A program made the position numbers and the translations under genes. Below, piece after piece: positions 8,782-18,923 of a DNA stretch of 64,000 nucleotides. Position 1 is the first letter of the stretch. Each line of letters starts with the position of its first letter. The notes below the pieces were generated by a model. It saw nothing but the letters and a program-made list of their open reading frames with translations, was not told where the DNA came from and made no database searches. Source of the DNA: Escherichia phage vB_EcoM_phAPEC6; the sequence record MK817115.1. One strand, 5' to 3'.

Positions 8782-11571
8782 TTATAAATCACGGAAACGA
8801 TTTGGTGTGTTTAAGCGGTACATTGAGTATAATCCCAATCCACGCATAATCTCACCTGCCCAGAAACCAAAAAACATACCATTATCAGTACCTTCTCTAA
8901 CTGCTGGACTCCATGAACCATTCATTGGTGAACCTGGATTTACAATAACATAATTCTTTTGAAGTTCGAGAACTAAGTTATCAGCGAGTGTTGTTAGACC
9001 TTCTATTTTACATCCAGCCAATCCAGCAGCACAAGCCCCAGCTAACCACAACCCACACATATGACCTGTAAAGTCCCAATCTGGACCTTCAACTGTGCCA
9101 TCTTTATTGAAGATTGTTGGTGAACGACCATCATTATCTTTTTGAAATTGAATTAAAAAGTGAATCCAATTCTCACAAAATTCAACAAGATCTGCTGGTG
9201 GTTCAATTCCTCTCTCTGCGAGTTCTTGCCATGCTCTGGCAGCCCCAAAGAACGCACGTGGTTCATACCCACTCCATGCTTGATCACCCCAATGTAGCAT
9301 AGTAAATGTATCTGGTTCACCATATTTTAAGTTATCCCAGCGGTTCCAAACATATGCTTGTGCACACGGACCAACAGTACCGAATTGTTGAGTAAACCAT
9401 GTTTGGGAATCTTTCATAAAGCTTAACATGTTTCCTAAGCGTGTGTTATCTACTGGCTGGTCTTTAAAACAATATATCACAGGATATTGATAACCTGGAT
9501 ACGGTAAACCACGCCATCCTGAATACTGGTTCGCATACGGGTCAGTGATGTTAGAAAATGGTATTGTTCCTGGTGTGTAATGCAATGAGTTTAACAAATA
9601 ATCCTTGATTACACAATCCCCTAACTGTGCAGTATATGGTGATTCACCTGCAATTGTTATTGAAAATGTCATAGTATAGTCATCACCGTCAGCATCCGTG
9701 TATAATTCTGGAATGTCATTAATACAATACCAATCAATTATTGCAGCAACACCATCTACTGGGGTTGTATCAGGTAAAATAGTAATATCTTCTAGTTCAC
9801 TATAAACTGGTGCATCTGGTCTTGGGTCAGAACTTGGATGATTTGGCTGATACCCAGATAAACGTAATGTATCGGAACTTAGTGTGATTGTAGTCCATTC
9901 CCCGTGTGTTGCAGGAATCATCCACCACCATCTCCAACCATTATCATCTACAATTCTTATATTGTAATCATCTTCATATGAACGATAGGTAAAAGATTTA
10001 ACTTCAGACTTATTTGTTGCTAATAGCCAAAATCCAATAACAGCACCATCATCTTCACCACAAACTAACTGATTAATGGTATCGCGGCGTGTAACTAATA
10101 TATCAGTACTATATATCATTTCGGACGTTGCTGCACCATAAGGAACAACAATTCTATTATCAGCAATTATATAAGGGGAACCATCTGCTTTCTTTTCTCT
10201 AACAAATGCACTTAAAGGTGTTAATGAATGTGTGATATTTTGGTCTTTACTTTCCGGTAAGCCACAACGATAACGAACAACATCATGGTCATTTTTTGTT
10301 TTTGACAATTCCAGTACTGGTTTAAATGATAACGGCTTACCATCATCACATACACCACCATAGTCTACAAGTAATTTAGAATCAGCATTGACCCTGAACC
10401 AAATAGCTTGTTGTTCCATAGTACTTTGTGCACTTTGGTCTTGCCTGATAGTAATATATCCTAGAGAATTTCTACCAAACTTAGCAATAGCATCACTAGG
10501 ATAAAAATATTCATAGGAAATACCATCAGTGAATGGTGTGGTTACAATTGTACTTTGTCTGAAAAATTTATCTCTGGAGTCAATATCACCATAAGCATAA
10601 CACGTTAGTAGTGAACATTTCCAACCCAAATAATGTTTTCTTTCTTTTGTTATTTTATATAACAAATAAGAAGCATCACTAAACCATAATTCTGCATCTG
10701 ATGCGTTATCAGCAAATTCCAAATCAATTGGAACATGAAGAGGGCGGTTGTGTTGCATTTCATTTCGTTGAATTATCACACCACCATATTCTACTGGTTG
10801 ACGATTTGCAAAATTTAATTTATATACACCATTAATTGTTGTATTCTTTAATTGAACAGTTCCTTTTTCAGATTCGTCAAAACCTTCTGCTAAAATATTA
10901 CCATCCCAGTCGATTTTTCTACCCATGAAATCGATAATCCAGTCAACATCATATTGTTCACCTGGTGTATCCCAATCAACACTACCATCTGGTAATAATG
11001 CTTTTACTGAAGCATTTATTTGGTTCCATGCTAACGCACCTTTGAATGCAAATGTCACTTTATCCAAGAACTGACCATAATATGGTGCACCATGTGGTAT
11101 TTTACATTGACCATTAGTAAATGTAAATTCTACTCCCTTGAAACCACCATGTGTGGGCCAGCCATCATCAGCTAAAGGCCAGTTAGCCAATATAGGTTCT
11201 TTGGCATTAACTATCCAGTTACATTGTAGTGGTGTAGGTGGATCTGGTAATTCACGTCCAGCATAAAAGTACTGATGATATGCGTCCCAATACCACTTTG
11301 CCTTATCTAAAAACATTGGATCATTTGTTGCCAGATACGCATAAATGTATCCTAAAATTAATAGACTTTGACCTTCTGTTGTCCCGTCACCGTTTGGTTG
11401 ACCTTCCATTGCAGAATAGTTAATAAAATGACGGTTGTTCGCCAAAACACCCTGATTATTCACCACATAATGTTGTACTGTTGGGTCTATTGTATCACCA
11501 GTATTTCTTTCAATAAATTTGTGATGCCCATAAAGAAGTTGTACAATATTATCAATATTATTGTTTAACAT
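8782..11571 (-). CDS. large virion-associated protein of unknown function
   Basis: 929 aa, Trp/Tyr/Gly-rich, lies in a cluster with tail-fiber genes; no catalytic motif recognised by eye. Confidence 0.5.
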   Translation of the reverse strand: MLNNNIDNIVQLLYGHHKFIERNTGDTIDPTVQHYVVNNQGVLANNRHFINYSAMEGQPNGDGTTEGQSLLILGYIYAYLATNDPMFLDKAKWYWDAYHQYFYAGRELPDPPTPLQCNWIVNAKEPILANWPLADDGWPTHGGFKGVEFTFTNGQCKIPHGAPYYGQFLDKVTFAFKGALAWNQINASVKALLPDGSVDWDTPGEQYDVDWIIDFMGRKIDWDGNILAEGFDESEKGTVQLKNTTINGVYKLNFANRQPVEYGGVIIQRNEMQHNRPLHVPIDLEFADNASDAELWFSDASYLLYKITKERKHYLGWKCSLLTCYAYGDIDSRDKFFRQSTIVTTPFTDGISYEYFYPSDAIAKFGRNSLGYITIRQDQSAQSTMEQQAIWFRVNADSKLLVDYGGVCDDGKPLSFKPVLELSKTKNDHDVVRYRCGLPESKDQNITHSLTPLSAFVREKKADGSPYIIADNRIVVPYGAATSEMIYSTDILVTRRDTINQLVCGEDDGAVIGFWLLATNKSEVKSFTYRSYEDDYNIRIVDDNGWRWWWMIPATHGEWTTITLSSDTLRLSGYQPNHPSSDPRPDAPVYSELEDITILPDTTPVDGVAAIIDWYCINDIPELYTDADGDDYTMTFSITIAGESPYTAQLGDCVIKDYLLNSLHYTPGTIPFSNITDPYANQYSGWRGLPYPGYQYPVIYCFKDQPVDNTRLGNMLSFMKDSQTWFTQQFGTVGPCAQAYVWNRWDNLKYGEPDTFTMLHWGDQAWSGYEPRAFFGAARAWQELAERGIEPPADLVEFCENWIHFLIQFQKDNDGRSPTIFNKDGTVEGPDWDFTGHMCGLWLAGACAAGLAGCKIEGLTTLADNLVLELQKNYVIVNPGSPMNGSWSPAVREGTDNGMFFGFWAGEIMRGLGLYSMYRLNTPNRFRDL

Positions 11572-11572
11572 A

Positions 11573-12109
11573 TCATACTCCTGCTCTAATTAATGCACCG
11601 TACCATGTAACTCCTTTATCATATGTTTCTAATGAAATAATATCTTTTTCACCAATTTCATAAGAAAGAACAACTGGTCTGTTATATGACCATTTAACAT
11701 TAGAACCCCAATTAACTAGGTTTGAACCTGTTTGTTGTGTTAATAGGATGGTAATTGAATAAACTTCAGTAGGAGCCGTACCAATCGAAATAGTAGTATT
11801 TCTATCAGATAAATTAATATTAAAAACAGAATTGCCCGACAGTGGATTAATTAAAATATTATTAGAACTTAATACATTATATAACTTATTACTTGCACTA
11901 TCATATAATGTTACCCATTCTGTTTCATGATTCTCGTTAGTAGCTTTAGCTTTTATCTTAACATTATTTTCAGAATCAGTCATTCCAGTCCATCCAGATA
12001 TAATAAAAGAACTGTTTTTATTAGTTCCGAATGATGCAATCACAGAATCACTAAGAGAACTATCTTCACCATCAATAGATCCGAGTACTGACAATGTTAA
12101 AACCATCAT
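11573..12109 (-). CDS. hypothetical Ser/Asn/Thr-rich protein
   Basis: 178 aa; overlaps 12072..12263 in another frame, possibly one gene with a frameshift. Confidence 0.4.
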   Translation of the reverse strand: MMVLTLSVLGSIDGEDSSLSDSVIASFGTNKNSSFIISGWTGMTDSENNVKIKAKATNENHETEWVTLYDSASNKLYNVLSSNNILINPLSGNSVFNINLSDRNTTISIGTAPTEVYSITILLTQQTGSNLVNWGSNVKWSYNRPVVLSYEIGEKDIISLETYDKGVTWYGALIRAGV

Positions 12110-12263
12110 TTTTAATGTCTACACCAGTAGCACCAGAAAAATTATTTTGAAATTTAATAACTCCGGTAGTGTGGATATCTGTGAAAATTTGTTGTGCCAT
12201 ACTTAATCCTTGTGTTAATTTATATTGAGTATTTATTGAGTGTAATGGCATTTTTAGTACCAT
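12072..12263 (-). CDS. hypothetical small protein (possibly N-terminal part of 11573..12109 via frameshift)
   Basis: 63 aa ORF overlapping the next ORF by 38 nt; similar composition. Confidence 0.3.
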   Translation of the reverse strand: MVLKMPLHSINTQYKLTQGLSMAQQIFTDIHTTGVIKFQNNFSGATGVDIKNDGFNIVSTRIY

Positions 12264-12277
12264 TACACTTGTATATG

Positions 12278-13510
12278 TTACTTATACCATTGCATTTCTC
12301 TAATATCAATGATAATTTTTGATGCTAACTTGATGTTTGGTTTTTTAGGAAGTACTGATTTCTTATATAGAACATCACGAATGTATTGTACTTTATCATC
12401 GAAATATTCTAATACTTCTTCATACTTCCATTTACCATTACGAATATCCATCAACATTTGTGCATCTGGTCGTTTAACTTGAATAATTCCACTTTGTAAC
12501 GCTTCTTCTGCACTATTCAAAAGTCGGATTGTGTGCATAGCATGTTTACAATCGTATCCGTGTTGTGATTCTAAAATAGCACGTTTGGCATTACGATTTT
12601 CTTTCCATTTATGATAACTTTTCCTATTCTCACTATTTTCCTGATATTCTTTTTCGTTAAATTTGACAATTAGTTCTGGTTTGGTTTTCAACTCTTCAGT
12701 ACTACGTTCTTTTGAAAAATAACGCAATGAACCATCATGGTTAATAGTGCTTTCATTAGGATTCTTAACAATCGCAAAAATGTTTTCTCCGTAATGAATT
12801 AGTTCATAACCATTATTAAAATTCAATAAATTGAAATCACGATCAAGAATTTTTTCAGTAGTGTAGTTATGCACTAATCTTACGAAATGATATTGCTTTA
12901 ATGGATTTTTCGAAACTAACTGCAATGATGTATCACGCATATATTTTTCAAAATCAATCTTTTTAGCATTAAATGGATGTAAGTTGGATGTATCTAAACG
13001 TTCAACAAGATACTGTGGGAATGAATCATACATCCACGCAAGAACCTCATCGACAGGGTGTTCTTCTAAAATCTCATTTAATCGTTTTTCAGCAATACGC
13101 TCTTTATCCATCCAACCGTGATGATTTGTCATACGCTTAATCTGATTATATGCATATCCAGTGTATGAAAATGCAATCTTGGAACTAAGAAGTTTTTGGT
13201 TAAATGAACGAAGATAGTCATAAATTTCAGTACTTTCCACAATGTGTTCAGGTTCAACCCAAAGTGATTCAAGAATATTAGGGTTAGCTTCAGTGTATAA
13301 TTTTAAATACTGATTCAACTCATAGAATTTAGTATCTTCTTCGCTTTTGTCAGCTACCTCGTTGACCTTATAGAAGGGTGTAAGAATAAATTCTTTATTA
13401 GCAAGAAAAATACCACGATAATCAGTATCACTTTCCGGTGTACTGGTTCCGTAGGCTTGTGACCCAGCCAAGTGTTTCACTATTGTTTGTTCAATATATT
13501 GGTTATTCAT
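12278..13510 (-). CDS. Pol-beta-superfamily nucleotidyltransferase-domain protein
   Basis: 410 aa; N-terminal GSQAYGTSTPESDTDYRG fits the minimal NTase motif GS-x10-DxD. Confidence 0.5.
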   Translation of the reverse strand: MNNQYIEQTIVKHLAGSQAYGTSTPESDTDYRGIFLANKEFILTPFYKVNEVADKSEEDTKFYELNQYLKLYTEANPNILESLWVEPEHIVESTEIYDYLRSFNQKLLSSKIAFSYTGYAYNQIKRMTNHHGWMDKERIAEKRLNEILEEHPVDEVLAWMYDSFPQYLVERLDTSNLHPFNAKKIDFEKYMRDTSLQLVSKNPLKQYHFVRLVHNYTTEKILDRDFNLLNFNNGYELIHYGENIFAIVKNPNESTINHDGSLRYFSKERSTEELKTKPELIVKFNEKEYQENSENRKSYHKWKENRNAKRAILESQHGYDCKHAMHTIRLLNSAEEALQSGIIQVKRPDAQMLMDIRNGKWKYEEVLEYFDDKVQYIRDVLYKKSVLPKKPNIKLASKIIIDIREMQWYK

Positions 13511-13908
13511 AGATAAATTGTTAACTCCTTTAAGAAACCATTATAATAACGATTAAAGTCATGTTCTAATGTTTTATAATCATCAAAACTAAAACCTAAA
13601 TTGATAATTGTATCTTCTTGAAAGAAAGTTTCTTCATTCATACATTCAATAGGTTCGTAATTAATTCCACCTTTGAAAACTTTTGTAAAAAACATTCCAT
13701 CATTATTAATTTCAACATACATAAAATTATTTTCTGGGTCACGAGGACAGACGATATTCAGTGAACTATTTCCACTTGTATTGTACTCATAAGAAATTAT
13801 ATCAAAAGAATCAATACCATAACACTTAGATTTTTCTTTATCGCCAAATACTTTTCTATCTGTACTCATATTGCGTATAGTGCTATAGATATCATCAACT
13901 GTAGTCAT
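13507..13908 (-). CDS. hypothetical protein
   Basis: 133 aa ORF. Confidence 0.4.
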   Translation of the reverse strand: MTTVDDIYSTIRNMSTDRKVFGDKEKSKCYGIDSFDIISYEYNTSGNSSLNIVCPRDPENNFMYVEINNDGMFFTKVFKGGINYEPIECMNEETFFQEDTIINLGFSFDDYKTLEHDFNRYYNGFLKELTIYL

Positions 13909-13910
13909 AG

Positions 13911-14420
13911 TTAACCACCATACTTTGACTTGTATGTTTCAAGTGATAAAGATATACGATTTTGCTTTTTAATTCTTTCATCAATATCCTTTGAATTCTT
14001 CACACTTCGGTATACGTCAGCTAATAAATTATAATCTTCTTTATTTGAGCTATGCTGTGTCCAACCTATGTCTGTTTTAATACGAACATTTGCTTTATTT
14101 GACGAGTAAAAGAAACTGAAACCATTTGACCCATCAAAAATATCAAAAGTATCTACCCAATCACCATAAGGAAAACTCATCGGGACTGACTCGTGGTCGA
14201 TTGTGATATCCGATAAATTTTTTGAACAGTACTTCGCAAAGTGATAAACAATTGGATCACATTTAGATAATTCATATTTGTATTCAATGATAGTTTTTCT
14301 ATTAGCATCATTGATAGCATATTCTTTCATCAATGGGCTTTTTTTGATGATAAGAGTCCACAGAAACGATTCTAATCCGGTTTCATCAACTTTTTGTTTC
14401 TTTTTGAAAAATGAAATCAT
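13911..14420 (-). CDS. hypothetical protein, member of tandem paralog triplet
   Basis: 169 aa; shares DANRKTIIEYKYELSK-type motif with 14417..14938 and 14945..15511. Confidence 0.45.
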   Translation of the reverse strand: MISFFKKKQKVDETGLESFLWTLIIKKSPLMKEYAINDANRKTIIEYKYELSKCDPIVYHFAKYCSKNLSDITIDHESVPMSFPYGDWVDTFDIFDGSNGFSFFYSSNKANVRIKTDIGWTQHSSNKEDYNLLADVYRSVKNSKDIDERIKKQNRISLSLETYKSKYGG

Positions 14421-14938
14421 TTATATAAACCCTTAATTTTCTGTCTATTATGTATATCATTTTGCTGGATTTTCAATTTAGTAAGGTTGTTTCTTACACC
14501 TTCAACTCCACGCATTATTTGTAACATAATTAGTGATTCGTCATATGTTAGTACATTGCTATTATTATCGATATATACTTTCACTCCACTTTCAAGATAA
14601 TCATTTTCTTTGGAGTTAAAGTTTCTAATAGCAAACTTAACGCCATTTGATGTATCACTGAAAACATATCGTTCCGCACCGTAGAATGTTTTTCCACGAA
14701 ATAAACCGCCGTCTTCCCACTTCCAACGACTAGATTCATAATCATTAACGTAATCAATGATTAAAGAAAGTAAAGGGTGTTTGCTCAATTTATATTTTGC
14801 ATCTAACAGGATACGTCTATCATTATCTGTGGTGATAATATCCTTTAGTGAGTAGCTTTTAGATATAATTTTAAAGATAATTTCATGCCAAATTAAAGTA
14901 CTGTTTTGTTTTCCAACTGATCCAAAAAACATATCCAT
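14417..14938 (-). CDS. hypothetical protein, member of tandem paralog triplet
   Basis: 173 aa; motif DNDRRILLDAKYKLSK. Confidence 0.45.
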   Translation of the reverse strand: MDMFFGSVGKQNSTLIWHEIIFKIISKSYSLKDIITTDNDRRILLDAKYKLSKHPLLSLIIDYVNDYESSRWKWEDGGLFRGKTFYGAERYVFSDTSNGVKFAIRNFNSKENDYLESGVKVYIDNNSNVLTYDESLIMLQIMRGVEGVRNNLTKLKIQQNDIHNRQKIKGLYK

Positions 14939-14944
14939 TCCTCA

Positions 14945-15511
14945 TTAGTATAAATCAGTAATGTCTTTGTATGCATTAATCTGTTTTTGTTGTAATGAAA
15001 GTTCATTGAGTTTAGTTACCATTTTATCTACACCAACACGTGTATAGAAAATAATAAATGAATCTAAATTGCCTAGAGTAATTCTTGAACTGTAATTTGA
15101 AAGTTTTCTTGCATAAACATAAATTTCTTCTTCACTTGGTAAACGTTTCTCAATCGGCCAGCTTTCCACACCATTCGGCTCATAATCGATTTCAAATTCA
15201 ACTCCCATCACTGTGTCTTGAATGAGATCCGTATATGAACCACCGTAAAAATACTCTCTTGGTTTGGCTCTCCAACGAGGACTAAATGGGTCAGATGCGT
15301 ATTCTTTTACAAATTTGTAAAAGGACATTTTACTGAGCATATACTTCATCTCAATTAGTGCTTTGCGGTCATCATCAGTTTTAAACTCTGCTTTGAGCGA
15401 TGGACTTTTACACAGTAACTTAACTAAATTGATGTACATCTTTAATGTACGTTGTTCTTTCATTTCTTTGATTTTGTGACGTTTTGGTGGCGGTAATAAA
15501 GATTTGACCAT
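14945..15511 (-). CDS. hypothetical protein, member of tandem paralog triplet
   Basis: 188 aa; motif DDDRKALIEMKYMLSK. Confidence 0.45.
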   Translation of the reverse strand: MVKSLLPPPKRHKIKEMKEQRTLKMYINLVKLLCKSPSLKAEFKTDDDRKALIEMKYMLSKMSFYKFVKEYASDPFSPRWRAKPREYFYGGSYTDLIQDTVMGVEFEIDYEPNGVESWPIEKRLPSEEEIYVYARKLSNYSSRITLGNLDSFIIFYTRVGVDKMVTKLNELSLQQKQINAYKDITDLY

Positions 15512-15544
15512 AATTTCCTCCTATTTTTATTCAATTATACACAT

Positions 15545-15573
15545 AAAAGAAAAGCCCGTCAATAGACGAGCTT
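15545..15573 (-). terminator. rho-independent terminator ending the tail-fiber operon
   Basis: Stem AGCCCGTC/GACGAGCT (one mismatch), A-run on plus 15547-15552; just downstream of 15579..18308. Confidence 0.45.
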
Positions 15574-15578
15574 TAAAT

Positions 15579-18308
15579 TTATTTCCAACGTGTACCTGGA
15601 CCTGATGGTACACCAGTACTGGCAGGTATCGCTGAACCACGTTTCGTTGTACTTGGACGATATGTCAAAAAACGAGTTACTTTTTCTGTATCAATTGAAG
15701 TTATTCCTGAAGTTCCAGTAACTATCTTACCAATGTAAGTGCTAGTTAAAGATTCATCAATTGTTTCAGTACTAATAACATATGACGCTTTCTTAGTATT
15801 CCTGTTCATTTGTATATACAAATAGAACGTAGTATTAGCTGGGTTACTTTTTACAGTACTTAAATCAACACTTTGTATAGGTAGTCTGTCGAAAATTCCA
15901 CCTAAAAACACCGGAACTTCACGTGTAAAGTACACTGAGAATCCTTGTGCAACGTCTTGTGATACTACCACAATCTTTTCTTTAACGCTACCATTTCCAC
16001 TAATTAAACCATCCATTTCAGCAGATGTTGTACCAAAAACGCTGAATACAGATTTGGTTTGATAGTCAGAATCTTGAAAATTGTAATATCCAAAACCAAC
16101 ACCAGGAATAACACCATGTTGATATGCTGCACCAAGTTGGATGTAACTAGATGATAAAAAACGATTTGATGTTATGACACCATCTACTGTTTTAGCTATC
16201 ATCATCTTAAATTGTGCATTACCTGGTTGTGAAAATTGATGAACAGCATCAACACCAATGTAACCAAATCCTGAATATTTTGCAACTGTTAGACCAGTAC
16301 AACGTTTCATATATGCTTCAGTAATAATTCCTGTAACAGAACTAAGTGTCTCATATCTAGTACTCACCAATGTAGCTGAAGTTATGTTAGTTCCAGATAA
16401 TACAACATCAACTTCGGCATAGATTGCATAACCTTGGTTATTGTTAAGATTATATGCTGAAACTACTGCGATGGATTTAGAAAAAGTATTATCAGGTACA
16501 TAATATAATACAATTTGTCCAGATAGTGTGCCAACAATGCCAGAGTTTCCTATATTAGCAAAAATATCTTGTTTTAATGATTCTAATACCGTTGGTTCTA
16601 TTGTATATGTTTCATCAAATTCTAAAGTATCTGGGTTTAATAATCCACCACTTGTTTTATATACACCTTCAATGAATGATGTTCCATAGCATCTAACACT
16701 ACCATCGGTATCAACAAGAGAAATCATAGCAGTGTATGTAAAATCATCGCCTATTTGTTTACGATTAGATTGTGGTGCAAAACCATTTAATGTAGTATTA
16801 TTTTGAACTGAGTTATATTGATATGTTGGTTGTGAACCTATTTCAGAAAAAACAGTATTATTATAATTATATGTTACATCATCATACGTACCAGAACATG
16901 CTAATAATATTTTTCTATTATCGATGAAACGTACACCTAAAAGGTTTGCACCAACAGCACTACCAAAAACTGGTAAAACGTTTGCATTTATAACGTTACT
17001 TGCGGTTCTAGTACTGGCAACCCATGAATCAAACGGTGTACCACTAACCTTATATCGTTGTAGACCATAAAATTCAGTTGAACTCCATCTAAATTTAGAT
17101 GCAAATACCAAACCATCTTTAGTTTGACATAAACCACCTGCGTTTCCTAATACACCAGCAGCAGTTGTCCCTGTGAAGTTGACCATATTAATTTCAAATG
17201 GGTTAGAAACTTGAAATCCATTATTATATGAAACAGTTGCAGGTGCACGAGCACTACCATCTAGTGACATAGATTTTGAGTTTATATTATAAACAAAACT
17301 TATTCCAGTACCATAAACTGTTGAAATATACAAAGGTGTAACCATTCGATGTGTTGGATATAAAGTTACACGTATTTTTGATAAATCAGTACTAACGTTG
17401 GCTTGAATGTTAAAGTCTGTATAGTCTGAAAATTCTACACGTGATACTGGTGATGTAACTTCGAATAATGAATCCGAGCTAGTACCAACACTATATAATT
17501 TATCGAACACTCTTATGTTATTAGATGCAGAATAACTTGTGTTTCGAACAGTTTGACCTGATAACCCAGTAACTTTTGTTAATGATGCCATTGAGCTTGC
17601 TTTCACATCACTTAGCTCTACTGTATAAATTGAAAGTGCTAATCCTAAATTAGAAACACTTTTATCTTTACACCAAATATAAACCTTTGTCCCAACAATA
17701 TGTGTATATATTGGCATATCATTACCAAAAGAAGTACTTGGCACTTTAGCATGAATATGTGATATTTCGTTAAATGTGCCATTGGTTATAGTAAAAATAT
17801 AATTATCTTCAGTACTTAAACATCCAAGCATCTCATAACCATTAGAGCCAATAAAATACTTAATATTTTCAGTACTACTCATAATTGAAGGTTTATACAT
17901 TGAATTGGTTGAAATAACACTTTCTTGTGAAATCATAGTTATATTTCGGAGTTCTCGTATAAATGAATAATAAAAACCTTTAGTACTACCATTGGTTCCG
18001 CTACGCAGAACAACGGCGGTTCCATCATCTTCAATAATTGTTGGCTGAACTACTTGGTCACTTGACATAGGTGTAGCACCTTCATACGACCCACTTACGT
18101 TTAATGGTAAGTAATCCATTTCTCCTACACGTGATATAGGCAACATATCTAAAATACTTTGAACTTCTGAACGCTTATATATTGGATATTGAACAATTCC
18201 AGTATTGGCATTCGGTGAGGTTCCATTAAAAGTACGCATAGCGTACCTTTGTCCAATTGCCAAGTTCCCAAGGATCTCGGCACTTCCTATAATTCGTTTT
18301 GATGACAT
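15579..18308 (-). CDS. tail fiber protein
   Basis: About 909 aa from ATG 18308 (RBS AAGGAAAAG); N-terminal LRSGTNGS and C-terminal VVSQDVAQGF...SRF.TYRPS module shared with 18924..21620 and 18325..18912; track ORF start 18398 is probably too long. Confidence 0.55.
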   Translation of the reverse strand: MSSKRIIGSAEILGNLAIGQRYAMRTFNGTSPNANTGIVQYPIYKRSEVQSILDMLPISRVGEMDYLPLNVSGSYEGATPMSSDQVVQPTIIEDDGTAVVLRSGTNGSTKGFYYSFIRELRNITMISQESVISTNSMYKPSIMSSTENIKYFIGSNGYEMLGCLSTEDNYIFTITNGTFNEISHIHAKVPSTSFGNDMPIYTHIVGTKVYIWCKDKSVSNLGLALSIYTVELSDVKASSMASLTKVTGLSGQTVRNTSYSASNNIRVFDKLYSVGTSSDSLFEVTSPVSRVEFSDYTDFNIQANVSTDLSKIRVTLYPTHRMVTPLYISTVYGTGISFVYNINSKSMSLDGSARAPATVSYNNGFQVSNPFEINMVNFTGTTAAGVLGNAGGLCQTKDGLVFASKFRWSSTEFYGLQRYKVSGTPFDSWVASTRTASNVINANVLPVFGSAVGANLLGVRFIDNRKILLACSGTYDDVTYNYNNTVFSEIGSQPTYQYNSVQNNTTLNGFAPQSNRKQIGDDFTYTAMISLVDTDGSVRCYGTSFIEGVYKTSGGLLNPDTLEFDETYTIEPTVLESLKQDIFANIGNSGIVGTLSGQIVLYYVPDNTFSKSIAVVSAYNLNNNQGYAIYAEVDVVLSGTNITSATLVSTRYETLSSVTGIITEAYMKRCTGLTVAKYSGFGYIGVDAVHQFSQPGNAQFKMMIAKTVDGVITSNRFLSSSYIQLGAAYQHGVIPGVGFGYYNFQDSDYQTKSVFSVFGTTSAEMDGLISGNGSVKEKIVVVSQDVAQGFSVYFTREVPVFLGGIFDRLPIQSVDLSTVKSNPANTTFYLYIQMNRNTKKASYVISTETIDESLTSTYIGKIVTGTSGITSIDTEKVTRFLTYRPSTTKRGSAIPASTGVPSGPGTRWK

Positions 18309-18324
18309 CTTTCTTTTCCTTAAT

Positions 18325-18912
18325 TTACCAACCAATTGTACCAGTTTCTGATGGTTTTCCAGTACTGACTGGGAATGAAGAACCTTTTTGTGTAACACTA
18401 GGTCTATATGTACTAAATCTGGATACTTTATTAATGTTTATATTTGTAATACCACTTGTACCAACGGTCAGTGTTCCAATAAACATTATAATTTCAGATT
18501 CTTGTATTTGTGTTGGTGATATTTTATAAATTGGTTCACCGAGAACTAACGTTGCATATACGTATTGTGTTTGTGTTCCAGATGAAACAGTTGAAGCAAA
18601 AATAGAAACTGCTGGAAATTTATAAAGATAACCACCAATAAATGATGGTATCTGTCTATTAAATGTAAGACTATAGCCTGATGAAGTAATATTTAGACTA
18701 GCGTCATCATACAATTCTCCGTATTGTGTAAGTGGTAATCCATTGACAATAAAGTTAACTTCATCTTTGGTAATAGAGGGGAATGTACATTCCCCATTTG
18801 AATTTGTTGGGTAATAAGTCATATTATTACCTAATACACCAAGACCAGTACTTTTACCCTGAACTGTAACTTGTTGCATTGCCTTAAGGTCTGCTCTTAT
18901 TTTATATGCCAT
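18325..18912 (-). CDS. small tail fiber-related protein carrying the shared C-terminal module
   Basis: 195 aa; C-terminus SRFSTYRPSVTQKGSSFPVSTGKPSETGTIGW matches the C-termini of both large fiber proteins. Confidence 0.5.
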   Translation of the reverse strand: MAYKIRADLKAMQQVTVQGKSTGLGVLGNNMTYYPTNSNGECTFPSITKDEVNFIVNGLPLTQYGELYDDASLNITSSGYSLTFNRQIPSFIGGYLYKFPAVSIFASTVSSGTQTQYVYATLVLGEPIYKISPTQIQESEIIMFIGTLTVGTSGITNININKVSRFSTYRPSVTQKGSSFPVSTGKPSETGTIGW

Positions 18913-18923
18913 TATGTAATCCT

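Noticed and set aside
9114-9302. Plus-strand ORFs lying inside long minus-strand genes (e.g. 9114..9302, 11238..11568, 19029..19226, 26432..27054, 31747..32013, 42202..42792, 43697..44504, 49889..50242)
   Set aside because: They lie antisense within well-supported genes (NrdD-neighbouring, fiber, PhoH, ligase, Pnk and others), have low-complexity or Ile/Phe-rich composition typical of shadow frames in AT-rich DNA, and lack RBS or conserved motifs.
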